A stretch of DNA of 64,000 nucleotides, from positions 82,934-146,933 of the forward strand of contig CAYOCD010000001.1 in assembly GCA_964402425.1 (NCBI GenBank), in the 5' to 3' direction. The DNA comes from an uncultured Gammaproteobacteria bacterium. Its GTDB lineage: Bacteria > Patescibacteriota > Patescibacteriia > UBA9934 > GWF2-40-263. Every line of letters starts with the position of its first letter. Positions within the stretch are counted from its first letter, which is position 1. This document shows, in pieces, positions 28,668 through 38,291 of this stretch. Both the position numbers and the translations under genes were made by a program. The notes below the pieces were generated by a model. The model was given only the letters and a program-made list of their open reading frames with translations. It was not told where the DNA came from and did no database searches.

Positions 28668-28696
28668 CAAAACCCATCACGTGCATGATGGGTTTT
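28668..28696 (-). terminator. Terminator after tmRNA
   Basis: aaaacccatca-cgtgca-tgatgggtttt hairpin. Confidence 0.6.
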
Positions 28697-28697
28697 G

Positions 28698-29088
28698 TGG
28701 TGGAATTGGGGGGAATTGAACCCCCGTCTGATAAGTGTTTTTGAACGGACGTTTGCAAGTTGAGTCTCGCTTGAATAATCCTATGTATTTGAAGCGAGAC
28801 GAAACACACATAAGATCATCGATCGCAATTTTGACACGCAGGAGACCGAACACCCTACGTGCGAGCTCAATAAATATAGCACCCGCATTTCCTTATTGAG
28901 CATCAGGAAGACGGATGGGTTTTACGCAATTAAGCGAAAACCGGAGCGAATGCAGGTGCGCGGAAAGCGTCCTTGATCATCGCCATGACGTTTTTTGCAT
29001 TTGGCGTCTGTGTGATGGATTTATGAGGTATCACACACCCTCAACTTGATCACGAACAAATCGACTCTCATCGATACCGATCAATCCC
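28698..29088 (-). ncRNA. ssrA: tmRNA
   Basis: 5' GGGATTG pairs with 3' CAATTCC-ACCA (G3-U alanine determinant); T-loop GGTTCAATTCC; tag frame AKNVMAMIKDAFRAPAFAPVFA* at 28930-28998; close to smpB. Confidence 0.92.
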
Positions 29089-29171
29089 GTTTTATCCTTA
29101 AGAACAAGAGCAAAACGTGACAGATCGATGACAGAAGGATAGTGCAAAAAATCAATTTTGTCCAGTCATCA

Positions 29172-29200
29172 TTGACAAAAACCATTTTTCCGGATATCTT
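29172..29200 (+). promoter_or_regulatory. Sigma-70-type promoter
   Basis: TTGACA-17bp-TATCTT. Confidence 0.65.
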
Positions 29201-29239
29201 GAGACGTTTCTTGGCTGCAAACAACAGGAGGTCCTGCTA

Positions 29240-30340
29240 ATGAAACATGTGCCTTTCTTGACGACTCTTTTCACGATCATTGTTTTTTCGATGCTCATCT
29301 CGAACCTGGCTTTCGCAGAACTTCCGCCGCACATGAGCGGAATGTGCATGTTCACGTTCAAGTCGAGCGTGTCGGCTGCAGAAAGCCCGCAAGCGGCGCG
29401 CATATATCTGCAGCTGATAAAAAACAAGGGCTACCCTTGTGTGATCATCAAGAGCCACGACGGCGACAACTGGGGTACAAAGGTGAACGGCAAATTTGTG
29501 CCGGCATTTTCAAAGCACCTGGTTGACGCGGGGCATGAGCTCAACATGCGCGTGTACAGCTACTTCACTGCTCGACTGAATCACGACTCCGTGATCGAAG
29601 AATCCGTCATTCTCGCCGAACGCACACTCAACATGGGTGCCGACGGCGTTGTCATTGACGATCTTGCACTCGAACGCACGGGAGTCGATCCAACAAAGTG
29701 GAGAAAGGTTTTTCCTCTGCTTCGTGCAATGACAGACAGACACAAGGGAACCATCTTGGCTTCGTCTACACACCCACACCAATCGGCAAACGGAAGGTTC
29801 CCGACACTCTGGGGTATTGCCTTCGAGCACTCGGACTTTTTCCTTCCCCAAGCCTACTGGATGGAATTTCTTGCCTACAAAGATGGTAAGGCTGTGAAGA
29901 TGACACCTCAGGATGCACTCGCCTATGCACAGGCGCAATTCGATATTGTGAAGACACGTTTTCCGAACGCGAGAAACTGCAAGCTTATCCCCATCGGCAG
30001 AACGTATGGAAAGAACGTGACGGCCGAACAGGTCAAAACGTTCATCCAAACGGCCATGCCCTTCTACAAAGGCGCCGGTCTGTTTGTGATTGAACAGGAA
30101 CCGCCAAAGGGTGGATGGAACGCAATCAAAGATGCGGTAACGGCATTCAATAAGCCGGGCCGAACGGTAAAATCCATTTCGCCGTACGACCAAGTCAACG
30201 ATCCTTCTGAAACGGAAATTGTCGACTCTTCCCCCACTCCCAAGAAACCCGCAACGGAAAAAATGGGTGGAACCAAAAAAATCGATCAGCCGATTCGGAA
30301 ACAACCCGACTCGTCCTCTCGATGTGGAGCCTGTCCCTAA
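29240..30340 (+). CDS. Secreted protein, possible glycoside-hydrolase-like TIM barrel; C-terminal SRCGACP
   Basis: AGGAGG SD; signal peptide ending AFA; 'IIKSHDG', 'GADGVVID', 'FLPQAYW' motifs. Confidence 0.65.
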   Translation: MKHVPFLTTLFTIIVFSMLISNLAFAELPPHMSGMCMFTFKSSVSAAESPQAARIYLQLIKNKGYPCVIIKSHDGDNWGTKVNGKFVPAFSKHLVDAGHELNMRVYSYFTARLNHDSVIEESVILAERTLNMGADGVVIDDLALERTGVDPTKWRKVFPLLRAMTDRHKGTILASSTHPHQSANGRFPTLWGIAFEHSDFFLPQAYWMEFLAYKDGKAVKMTPQDALAYAQAQFDIVKTRFPNARNCKLIPIGRTYGKNVTAEQVKTFIQTAMPFYKGAGLFVIEQEPPKGGWNAIKDAVTAFNKPGRTVKSISPYDQVNDPSETEIVDSSPTPKKPATEKMGGTKKIDQPIRKQPDSSSRCGACP

Positions 30341-30344
30341 TCTT

Positions 30345-30382
30345 AGCACCCTTCGACTTCGCTCAGGGTGCTTTTTCTTTTT
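30345..30382 (+). terminator. Terminator built from a REP-like CCCTTCGACTTCGCTCAGGGT repeat
   Basis: agcaccct...agggtgct followed by a T-run. Confidence 0.55.
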
Positions 30383-30393
30383 CTCCAAAAAAA

Positions 30394-30834
30394 TTATTGA
30401 CGCAAATGTTCTTTCATCTGACGATCAACATCGCGCTTCTTAATCGCTTCTCGCTTTTCATATTTCTTTTTTCCCTTTGCAACCGCAAACACAAGCTTTA
30501 CCAAATTTCCTTTTGTGTAGATACGAAGCGGAACAAGTGTTAATCCTTCTGTCTGTTTTTTCCCCATCAGTCGTTTGAGCTCACGCTTGTGAACCAAGAC
30601 TTTTCGGTCTCGATCTGACTGAACCTCTTGATTCCCTGCTGGCTTATATGGACTGATGAATACATTCTTAAGCCAGAGTTCGCCGTTATGAATATGAAGA
30701 AAGGCTCCCTTTAACTGGACATGCCCGGCTTTTGCCGACTTCACTTCCCAACCCTGCAACACCAAACCTGCTTCAAATTCTTCTTGAAGATCAAAGTCAA
30801 AACCAGCTTTTTTGTTCGTGGCGAGGCTCGGCAT
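30394..30834 (-). CDS. smpB: SsrA-binding protein
   Basis: 'NKKA..FEAGLVLQGWEVKS', 'RKVLVHKRE', 'GKKKYEKR'. Confidence 0.95.
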   Translation of the reverse strand: MPSLATNKKAGFDFDLQEEFEAGLVLQGWEVKSAKAGHVQLKGAFLHIHNGELWLKNVFISPYKPAGNQEVQSDRDRKVLVHKRELKRLMGKKQTEGLTLVPLRIYTKGNLVKLVFAVAKGKKKYEKREAIKKRDVDRQMKEHLRQ

Positions 30835-30907
30835 ACCAGCAGAGTATAACGAAACGCTTGATATTTTGAAAGTTCTTTTGTATAGTAGCGACAACTTATT
30901 CTATCAA

Positions 30908-30957
30908 TTCGGCCTTTTAAGCCTCTCCGGCCTCTCTCGCCTCTCAAGCCTTTCCCC
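30908..30957. repeat. Solo type B 9-mer pyrimidine arm directly upstream of infC
   Basis: TTCGGCCTTTTAAGCCTCTCCGGCCTCTCTCGCCTCTCAAGCCTTTCCCC. Confidence 0.75.
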
Positions 30958-30961
30958 ACCT

Positions 30962-31513
30962 ATGCGCATCCACCGCCACCGTGCCCGCCAATCCAACCTT
31001 CATGTCCAAAAATTTCGGATGAATGAAAAAATCACCGCACCGGAAGTGCGTGTTGTTGATGATGAAGGAAAACCACTCGGAATCCTGAAAACAGAGGATG
31101 CAATCGTAATTGCAAGAACAAAAGAACTTGATTTGGTTGAGGTTTCCCCTAAAGCAGAACCTCCTGTTTGTAAAATTCTTGATTACGGGGCATTTAAATA
31201 TCAAAAAGAAAAAGAAGCCCGAAAACAAAAAGCTCAATCAAAAGAAGTAGACACAAAAGGCATTCGTCTCACCTTCCGCATTGGAGCTCACGACTTTGAC
31301 GTTAGATTAGCTCAAGCGGGAAAATTTCTTGACCGAGGCGATAAAGTAAACGTAGAACTTCCATTACGAGGTCGTGAAAAAGCCCACAAAGACGTCGCGG
31401 AAGCGGTCATTACACGTTTTGTCGAAAGCTTAAAAGCCAAATACAACCTTCGTATTGAACAGGCGGTCACCTATCAAGGTGGAAAACTTACGGCTATCGT
31501 AACAAAAGCCTAA
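30962..31513 (+). CDS. infC: Translation initiation factor IF-3
   Basis: 'NEKITAPEVRVV', 'LDLVEVSPKAEPPVCKILDYG'; start inferred. Confidence 0.95.
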   Translation: MRIHRHRARQSNLHVQKFRMNEKITAPEVRVVDDEGKPLGILKTEDAIVIARTKELDLVEVSPKAEPPVCKILDYGAFKYQKEKEARKQKAQSKEVDTKGIRLTFRIGAHDFDVRLAQAGKFLDRGDKVNVELPLRGREKAHKDVAEAVITRFVESLKAKYNLRIEQAVTYQGGKLTAIVTKA

Positions 31514-31589
31514 TTTTTTCCTCACTTTTTTACTAACACCCCATCTTGACGCTTTTCACTCCTTCTTATATACTTCCGGAGACTTTCCT

Positions 31590-31787
31590 ATGAAAACGAA
31601 AACACACCAGGCGACTGCAAAGCGCCTCAAAGTAACAAAAACAGGAAAAGTGATAAAGCGCTATGCAGGGCAGGATCATTTTAATAGCCGAGATCCAGGC
31701 AAAATCACCCGCAAAAAACGCCGAGACACTTCCCTTTCTGAGTCTTACACAAAGACCGTTAAGATGTTAATCCAGAAACAGGGATAA
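31590..31787 (+). CDS. rpmI: 50S ribosomal protein L35
   Basis: 'KTHQATAKRLKVTKTGK'; infC-rpmI-rplT order. Confidence 0.92.
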   Translation: MKTKTHQATAKRLKVTKTGKVIKRYAGQDHFNSRDPGKITRKKRRDTSLSESYTKTVKMLIQKQG

Positions 31788-31813
31788 TTACAGAACGGGA
31801 ATACTAAAATCAT

Positions 31814-32158
31814 ATGCCTCGAGTAAAACGTGGAACCCAGCATGTTAAGCGCCGCAAAAACTTGCTGAAAAAAGTAAAAGGAATGATGTGGAAGCGCAAA
31901 TCAAGCATCAAGCTTGCGCGCCCTGCTTTTTTGAAGGCGGGTGTAAATGCCTATCGCGATCGCCGCAATAAGAAACGTGCGTTTCGTCGCCTTTTCCAAG
32001 TTCGCATCAATGCTGGAGTTCGACCGTTCGATCTCAGCTACAGCAAATTCATGGATATGGCAAAAAAGGCAAACATTGCATTGGATCGCAAAATCCTTTC
32101 AACTCTTGCAAAAGACCACCCATCCGTATTTGCAAAGATTGTAGAAAAAGTGAAATAG
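31814..32158 (+). CDS. rplT: 50S ribosomal protein L20
   Basis: 'MPRVKRG...AYRDRRNKKRAFRRLFQVRINA'. Confidence 0.96.
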   Translation: MPRVKRGTQHVKRRKNLLKKVKGMMWKRKSSIKLARPAFLKAGVNAYRDRRNKKRAFRRLFQVRINAGVRPFDLSYSKFMDMAKKANIALDRKILSTLAKDHPSVFAKIVEKVK

Positions 32159-32169
32159 CGCACCACTAT

Positions 32170-32196
32170 TTCATCCTGAGTGCAACGAAGGATCCC
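32170..32196. repeat. REP-like short repeat
   Basis: TTCATCCTGAGTGCAACGAAGGATCCC, similar to the 16396 copy. Confidence 0.45.
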
Positions 32197-32365
32197 TTCA
32201 AAAAAAGAATCACCTAGAAACAGGTGGTTTTTTGTTTTCACAATATCTCATGCACAAACAACACATCTTGACCTTTCCTCTTTTCCATGTTAGTTTTACG
32301 TGTCCAATCAATACAGGACTTCATGATAATCATGTCATGAATCACACATTTCACATGGAGGTGTC

Positions 32366-33175
32366 ATGCCGCGGACGTTCTTTCTTTCTCCAGACCCAAA
32401 GCCAAACCATCGATTTGAGGCAACCTTTGTCATCGAAGGGACTGATGATGACAAAAAACCTCTAGCGGTTGTTGGAGATGAATACATCATCGCTGCACCG
32501 CCAGGATGTATTCTCTTTGAGACACATTCGCTGAAAATCAAAAATGTAGATGAGAAATCAAACCACCGAGCAGAACTGGTTTTTGTCTCTCGGGAAGGCT
32601 TTACTCAAAGCGGTCAATTCAACCTGGTGTGCTCACTTGCACACGACCCGAGTCTGCGTGAAGAAACACTTGTAAGTGTTGCCACAGCCTTAAAACTCGT
32701 CGCACCGCCACGTGTCATCATCAATATTCCTGACAACGAAACCCCGCCTGCAAAGACGGAAAATCCCATTCCAGCAGCAACTCCCGTTGTTGTCACCCCA
32801 GCTGTCGTCGCTCCAGTTGTTGCGGCGCCTATCGCACCACCAGCTAGATCTTTTCGTAAACAAATCATCACAGCCTTTCTTGTAGGACTGGCATTGTCCA
32901 CAATGGTCGGTACTATTGTGATCAAATTCGATTCTATCTTGAAATCGCTTCCGCCTTTCTCAACCCACGCACGCGTGATTCAAAAGACAGAGCCTGTCGT
33001 CATTCCTGTCGTAACTGAGACTCCACAAGATGCCGTACAGGAACCTGAAGCGCCTGATGTTGTAGCAATACAACCAACACACACCCAGCAAGATACCGCG
33101 GCTCCAGAGCCAGAAGTCGTGATTCCAACCACCCCACCTCCCAATCCAGCTTCAAGATGCGGCGCTTGTCCGTAA
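32366..33175 (+). CDS. Orphan single-pass membrane protein with Pro-rich linkers; C-terminal SRCGACP
   Basis: GGAGG SD; promoter TTGACC(32268)-17-TAGTTT; TM 'IITAFLVGLALSTMVGTIVI'. Confidence 0.65.
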   Translation: MPRTFFLSPDPKPNHRFEATFVIEGTDDDKKPLAVVGDEYIIAAPPGCILFETHSLKIKNVDEKSNHRAELVFVSREGFTQSGQFNLVCSLAHDPSLREETLVSVATALKLVAPPRVIINIPDNETPPAKTENPIPAATPVVVTPAVVAPVVAAPIAPPARSFRKQIITAFLVGLALSTMVGTIVIKFDSILKSLPPFSTHARVIQKTEPVVIPVVTETPQDAVQEPEAPDVVAIQPTHTQQDTAAPEPEVVIPTTPPPNPASRCGACP

Positions 33176-33275
33176 CAGATAAACTCCTCCTTGCACCAAT
33201 CGATCCGATTTGGTGCTTTTTATTTCAGGATGGTTTATTGCCAAAACCCCTCAGATCGACTATCCTCACTCACAT

Positions 33276-34064
33276 ATGTCCGAACCTGTCCGCATCAACA
33301 AATATCTCGCAGATCATCATTATTGCTCACGTCGTGAAGCAGATCGATTAATTGCCTCTGGCAATGTTTTTTTGAACAATCGACCCGCTAAACTTGGGGA
33401 CAAGGTTGGTGATTCTGATACGGTTCGTGTAAACGGACGCGATCGAGGACAAAAGAGCACGAGTCGTGTTTACCTCATGATGAACAAACCTGCTGGAATT
33501 TCTTTACAGAAAAAAACAGAACACACTGTTTACGATCTGATTGATCTGCAACAAGCGTTTTTTCCGGTTGGAGAAATGAGTATGCGCGATGAAGGTCTAT
33601 TGATTTTGACAAACGATTCTTTTTTTTCAAAACGCTTATCTCTCCCAAAATATACACTTGATCAAGAATTTGTTGTCGAGGTCAACAAACCCATTTCACG
33701 TGGAGATATTGTAAAATTACAAAACGGTATCCAGCTTAAAGACGGCATGACAAAACCTGTTAAAGCCCGTCAACTCGACTCACATCGTTTTGCCATCATT
33801 CCCTCAGAGACGAAGCAGGATCTCATTCGTCGGATGTGTGCAGAACTCGGCTATGAAGTGGAAACACTCATGCGCACAAGAATTCTCACCCTTAAGATGA
33901 TTTCAACATACCCCGTTGGAAACTGGCGCAACCTGACAGAATCAGAAGTTGAGGATTTAAAAAAAGCCGCAGGGATTACATTGACCCAAAAAGCCCCAAA
34001 GCAAAAACCTTGGACCGAAAACAAAAAAAAGAAACTGGCGCGAGAGCGTAAATCCCCTCGATAA
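33276..34064 (+). CDS. RsuA/RluB/RluF-family pseudouridine synthase homolog (catalytic motif degenerate)
   Basis: S4 domain 'RINKYLA...SRREADRLI', 'NKPAG', 'EGLLILTND'; GEMS in place of GRLD. Confidence 0.85.
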   Translation: MSEPVRINKYLADHHYCSRREADRLIASGNVFLNNRPAKLGDKVGDSDTVRVNGRDRGQKSTSRVYLMMNKPAGISLQKKTEHTVYDLIDLQQAFFPVGEMSMRDEGLLILTNDSFFSKRLSLPKYTLDQEFVVEVNKPISRGDIVKLQNGIQLKDGMTKPVKARQLDSHRFAIIPSETKQDLIRRMCAELGYEVETLMRTRILTLKMISTYPVGNWRNLTESEVEDLKKAAGITLTQKAPKQKPWTENKKKKLARERKSPR

Positions 34065-34166
34065 ATCCCTGAATTATCCAAGTTTTTCTCGAGGGTTCTT
34101 GCTCTTGCATAAGATCAACCCCCATGCTATTATTTCGTCACATTTCGGAACAAATCTGTGGCTGTT

Positions 34167-34244
34167 GGACTGGTGGTGTAGCCCGGTTAACACGTCTCCC
34201 TGTCACGGAGAAGATCGCGGGTTCGAATCCCGTCCGGTCCGCCA
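34167..34244 (+). tRNA. tRNA-Asp (GTC)
   Basis: Cloverleaf GGACTGG...TCTCC-CTGTCAC-GGAGA...TTCGAAT...CCGGTCC-GCCA. Confidence 0.97.
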
Positions 34245-34259
34245 GCCAAAGATTTGTTC

Positions 34260-34290
34260 AAAAAAACCTCAGGTCAACCTGAGGTTTTTT
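34260..34290 (+). terminator. Intrinsic terminator
   Basis: aaaaaacctcagg-tcaa-cctgaggtttttt. Confidence 0.7.
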
Positions 34291-34324
34291 GTTCGATAAA
34301 AAAACCGCCCGTATATAGAGGCGA

Positions 34325-34837
34325 TTAGGGAACATAGAGTCTTTTATCGAGCAACTGACTTCGACACTCAAGTTCAGTTATGACAGTTGCATCCTTGCAA
34401 AGTTCCACAAACCATTGATCTTCGTTTGGTGTTTTTCGATCAGCTTTTTCTGTATCATCGAAAATAAGTACCCGACAAGGCACGCCTTTGTACGCCCCAT
34501 GATCAAACAAGATTCGCGTAAGCGCGTCATGCGGCGCATTCACAAAAACAAACAGACGATCTGGCGAATACCCTTGAATGAGCGCCGCCTGATTATCGAT
34601 TGCAGATTTGAAGGAATAACAACCACCATGCACAAACTCAACAAGCACAGTTGCGCGCCCCATAGGCTTACAATCCTTTGGAGAACGCGCATCGCACTCT
34701 CGTTTCAGCCAGTCGTTCAGGGCACGATTCTCCCACGTCGGCTTACACTTCACAACAGGAGGAAGCGGCTCTATAGGAGGTTGAGATGTACAAGCGATCA
34801 AACTGAGCAAGAACAATAAAGCACAAACAGCACGCAT
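34325..34837 (-). CDS. Orphan Cys-containing lipoprotein
   Basis: MRAVCALLFLLSLIAC lipobox; AGGGAG SD; promoter TTGACA(34925)-17-TAGGAT. Confidence 0.65.
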   Translation of the reverse strand: MRAVCALLFLLSLIACTSQPPIEPLPPVVKCKPTWENRALNDWLKRECDARSPKDCKPMGRATVLVEFVHGGCYSFKSAIDNQAALIQGYSPDRLFVFVNAPHDALTRILFDHGAYKGVPCRVLIFDDTEKADRKTPNEDQWFVELCKDATVITELECRSQLLDKRLYVP

Positions 34838-34988
34838 GGATTTATCTCCCTTTTTCATCAGTCTTATATACACCGCCTTCTTTATGAAGACATGTGATCC
34901 TATTCGATTTTGGGATTTGTGTCAATAACCTTCCGATGATATCAAAACAAAAAAGTGAACACTTCGTGTCCACTTTTTTGTTTTGTCA

Positions 34989-36386
34989 TTACACAACGAT
35001 ATGATCGAATCCTTCTCCATGAGTTCCTCCCATCACGACAGCAAGCTTCATCCTTTTTTTTATCCATTTCCTTTTCTTGAGCTCTGCAAGAGCGAGCTTT
35101 ACAAACGTTTTCTCATTTGCGTTTTTGAGAACAAATGGAATGGCCCCCCATCGAAGAACAGTTTGTTGTTCGAGTCCTTTATTCGGTACAGCCATAAACA
35201 ATGGAATTTCTGGATGTGATCTAAGAACTGTTTCTGACCATGGTGCCAACTCTTGTGAAACAAGAACTCCATCTACTGATTTTTGTATGGCGAGCAATTT
35301 AATCGCATGCGCAACAGAAGCTGGTTGATCTGTTGGTGGCTCAACGGACAATGGAACATGAACAAAGACAGATCCCTCCGCTTCTTTAATAATCTGTGCC
35401 ATCATTTTTACCGCTGCGAGCGGGTACTTTCCTGACGCGGATTCTCCTGAAAGCATAACACCATCTGTGTGATCAAACACCGCGTTCGCCACATCAGAAA
35501 CCTCCGCACGTGTTGGACGAGGATTACGAATCATGGAATCAAGCATTTGCGTTGCAACCACAACAGGCTTCCCTGCTTCACGACATTTTTCAATGATTTC
35601 TTTTTGGCGAATTGGAACTTCTTCTGCTGGAATTTCCACACCAAGATCTCCACGGGCAACCATAACTGCGTCCGTTGCTTTCATGATTTCGTCAAAGCGC
35701 TCAATAGCCTCATGCTTTTCAATCTTAACAATAATGCGAGGAAGGACCTGATTTGGTTTTGCAGCAGCTTTAATAAGCTGTCGAAGCAATTTCACATCCT
35801 CTGCGGATGTTACAAATGAGAGCGCCATCCAATCCACCTCTTGCTCAACACCAAATTTCACATCATCACGATCTTTCTGTGTAAGCGATGAAACTTTGAG
35901 TGTTGAATCTGGGAAATTCATTCCTTTGTGTGAGGTAACCATCCCACCATTTATCATTTTTGCATGAATGTTTTTTCCAACAACTTTTGTGACTTCAGCC
36001 TCAAGGAGACCATCATCAATCAACAATCGATGACCCGCCTTCACATCCTTATGAAGATTCGCATATGTCACAGGAATGATTCCGTCTTTATATGCGCTCG
36101 TTGACGTTGAAAAAACAACGGATGATCCGGTTGGAATCGATACACCCGTTTCCGGCAAAACACCAAGACGAATCTTTGGACCTTGAAGATCTCCAATGAT
36201 TGCGATGGGTTTATTTAATTTCTTTGCTGTTCTACGCACAAGTCGCAAAAGTTTTGCGTGACCTTCATGTGTTCCGTGAGAAAAATTCAATCGAGCAACA
36301 TCCATTCCGGCTTTCATCATGGATGAAAGCATGGATTCTTTGTTAGAAGCAGGGCCAATAGTACAAACGATTTTTGTGCGTTTCAT
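34989..36386 (-). CDS. pyk: Pyruvate kinase
   Basis: 'RTKIVCTIGP', 'ARLNFSHG', 'MVARGDLGVE', 'ATQMLDSM..PRPTRAE'. Confidence 0.97.
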   Translation of the reverse strand: MKRTKIVCTIGPASNKESMLSSMMKAGMDVARLNFSHGTHEGHAKLLRLVRRTAKKLNKPIAIIGDLQGPKIRLGVLPETGVSIPTGSSVVFSTSTSAYKDGIIPVTYANLHKDVKAGHRLLIDDGLLEAEVTKVVGKNIHAKMINGGMVTSHKGMNFPDSTLKVSSLTQKDRDDVKFGVEQEVDWMALSFVTSAEDVKLLRQLIKAAAKPNQVLPRIIVKIEKHEAIERFDEIMKATDAVMVARGDLGVEIPAEEVPIRQKEIIEKCREAGKPVVVATQMLDSMIRNPRPTRAEVSDVANAVFDHTDGVMLSGESASGKYPLAAVKMMAQIIKEAEGSVFVHVPLSVEPPTDQPASVAHAIKLLAIQKSVDGVLVSQELAPWSETVLRSHPEIPLFMAVPNKGLEQQTVLRWGAIPFVLKNANEKTFVKLALAELKKRKWIKKRMKLAVVMGGTHGEGFDHIVV

Positions 36387-36411
36387 AACGTTATGACAAA
36401 TAAAATTCTGA

Positions 36412-37632
36412 TTACTTCTTTTCTTGCTTGGCTTCTCCTAAAACGATCGTTGTATCAAACAACTTACCGTCTCTAATATATTGAACCTTGATTTTATCAC
36501 CTGATCTGTGAGGAGCAATGAGTTCCGCAAGTGCTTTTCCCTGTTCAAACTCCACCCCATCAACAGCAATGATAATGTCATGTTCTTTTAATCCCGCCTC
36601 TTCTGCAGGACTATTTTTGATCACGGCATCTTCTGATGCAGCATTCCCTTTTGCCAGTTTTGCGCCAAAAGTAAATGGAGGTTTGGCATTCTCACCCCTC
36701 ACAAACACATAGCGAACCCCGATCCATGGACGAGCAATATATCCGATTGTTTTAACATCTTCAATTGCACGTTTCACTTGATTGATAGGGATTGCAAATC
36801 CAACAGCTTGACCATCAACGCTCACAGCTGTGTTTATCCCAATCACCTCTCCTAGCAAGTTGATGAGTGGGCCACCTGAATTTCCAGGATTGATGGCCGC
36901 GTCTGTTTGAATCGCTTTTTCAATCACTTCTGAACCACCGATATTAAACCCAGCTGTTACACGGCGATTCATTCCAGAGACAACTCCTTTTGTCACAGTA
37001 TTGCGAAATTCTGAAAGGGTATTTCCAATCGCAATAACCGTTTGTCCAATGCGGATCTTATCCGAGTCTGCAAGTGTTACGATAGGAAATTTTGGAAGTT
37101 GATTTTCTTCTGACGAAGGTTCGACACGCAACAACGCGATATCAAGAAACATATCTGTGTCCACAAGTTTTGCAGGATATTCTTTTCCTTCATTTGTGAC
37201 AATGAAAAACTGTGTCCCTGGTGCGTCTACAACATGACGATTCGTTAAAATCAATCCATCCTGCGTCACAAAAAAACCGGTTCCACTTGAAACATCAACC
37301 ATTTTTAACCCCTCTTCATCTGAAAGCGTTTCATTAAAGAAAAACGCACGAGAGCCATACGGTTGTTGACGAAACGATTTAACAACATCCGCACGCGATT
37401 TTCTGACAATGACACTAACAACAGCTGGTGTTACTTCATCCACAACATGAATCGTTGCGCTTTCTTCTTCTATCAAATTAACAATAGTGCTTGCATTTTT
37501 TGGATCAATATTTGTTCCTACTTTATATTGTGCCACAACGCTTGGATAGACACTTGCGACAATCCACGCACCGAATCCTCCAAAAAAAAGACTTATTCCT
37601 ACACACAACAAAATAAGACGAGAAGTATTCAT
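36412..37632 (-). CDS. HtrA/DegP-family serine protease with PDZ domain
   Basis: Triad motifs TNRHVV, DIALL and QTDAAINPGNSGGPL. Confidence 0.93.
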   Translation of the reverse strand: MNTSRLILLCVGISLFFGGFGAWIVASVYPSVVAQYKVGTNIDPKNASTIVNLIEEESATIHVVDEVTPAVVSVIVRKSRADVVKSFRQQPYGSRAFFFNETLSDEEGLKMVDVSSGTGFFVTQDGLILTNRHVVDAPGTQFFIVTNEGKEYPAKLVDTDMFLDIALLRVEPSSEENQLPKFPIVTLADSDKIRIGQTVIAIGNTLSEFRNTVTKGVVSGMNRRVTAGFNIGGSEVIEKAIQTDAAINPGNSGGPLINLLGEVIGINTAVSVDGQAVGFAIPINQVKRAIEDVKTIGYIARPWIGVRYVFVRGENAKPPFTFGAKLAKGNAASEDAVIKNSPAEEAGLKEHDIIIAVDGVEFEQGKALAELIAPHRSGDKIKVQYIRDGKLFDTTIVLGEAKQEKK

Positions 37633-37642
37633 ACAACATGTT

Positions 37643-38137
37643 TTACTTAGAAAGTTTTTTCCCAACAGGGAGTATTTTTTGTGATTTTGTTCCGATCAAT
37701 TTATTTAATTCACGTTCAAATGTTTTTACATCTTCAAACGATCGATAAACAGATGCAAAACGGATGTATGCAACCTTATCAAAGGTCTTCAATTGATTCA
37801 TGACAATATCTCCTAGCTCGGCCGTTGTAATCTGTCCGTGAGTCTTTTTTTGAATATGACGTTCAATTCTATGAATCAAACTTTGAAAAGACTGATCTGT
37901 GTATGGACGCTTTTGGAGCGCTCGCTCAAGCCCGCGAACCATTTTTTCTCTTGAATAGGTTTCACGTCGCCCATCTCGTTTTACAACTGTTAAATCTAAA
38001 AGTTCCAGCTCTTCCAACGTAGAAAATCGAAAACTACATTTTTCGCACTCACGACGTCTGCGCACACTTGCACCATCAGAAGACATGCGCGAATCAACAA
38101 CTTTTGAGTCTTTGTGATTACAAACGGGACAATACAT
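37643..38137 (-). CDS. nrdR: Transcriptional repressor NrdR
   Basis: 'MYCPVC...VVDSR...RRRRECEKC', 'DKVAYIRFASVYR'. Confidence 0.96.
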   Translation of the reverse strand: MYCPVCNHKDSKVVDSRMSSDGASVRRRRECEKCSFRFSTLEELELLDLTVVKRDGRRETYSREKMVRGLERALQKRPYTDQSFQSLIHRIERHIQKKTHGQITTAELGDIVMNQLKTFDKVAYIRFASVYRSFEDVKTFERELNKLIGTKSQKILPVGKKLSK

Positions 38138-38291
38138 AAAGGAAGGGCGGAAAAGGATGAAAAGGCGGAAGGGGCGGAGAGGAACGTAAATGGCATGCAG
38201 GGATGATAACAAAAAAAAGCAAAAAGAAAAAACGGATAAACCGTTCTTCTTCTCATTCCTTTCCGCCACCTCCGTCTTTTCCGCCCTTTTT
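38138..38291. repeat. Type A 9-mer inverted repeat spanning the ftsZ-nrdR junction
   Basis: Purine arm 38138-38184 abuts the nrdR ATG; pyrimidine arm 38255-38291 abuts the ftsZ stop. Confidence 0.8.

Noticed and set aside
28698-28730. Stand-alone tRNA or integration att site
   Set aside because: It is the tRNA-like 3' end of tmRNA; no duplicated copy or integrase was found
38138-38269. Extended N-termini of NrdR (and likewise IF-3, FtsZ, SmpB)
   Set aside because: In-frame read-through of intergenic or repeat DNA; homology begins at downstream ATGs
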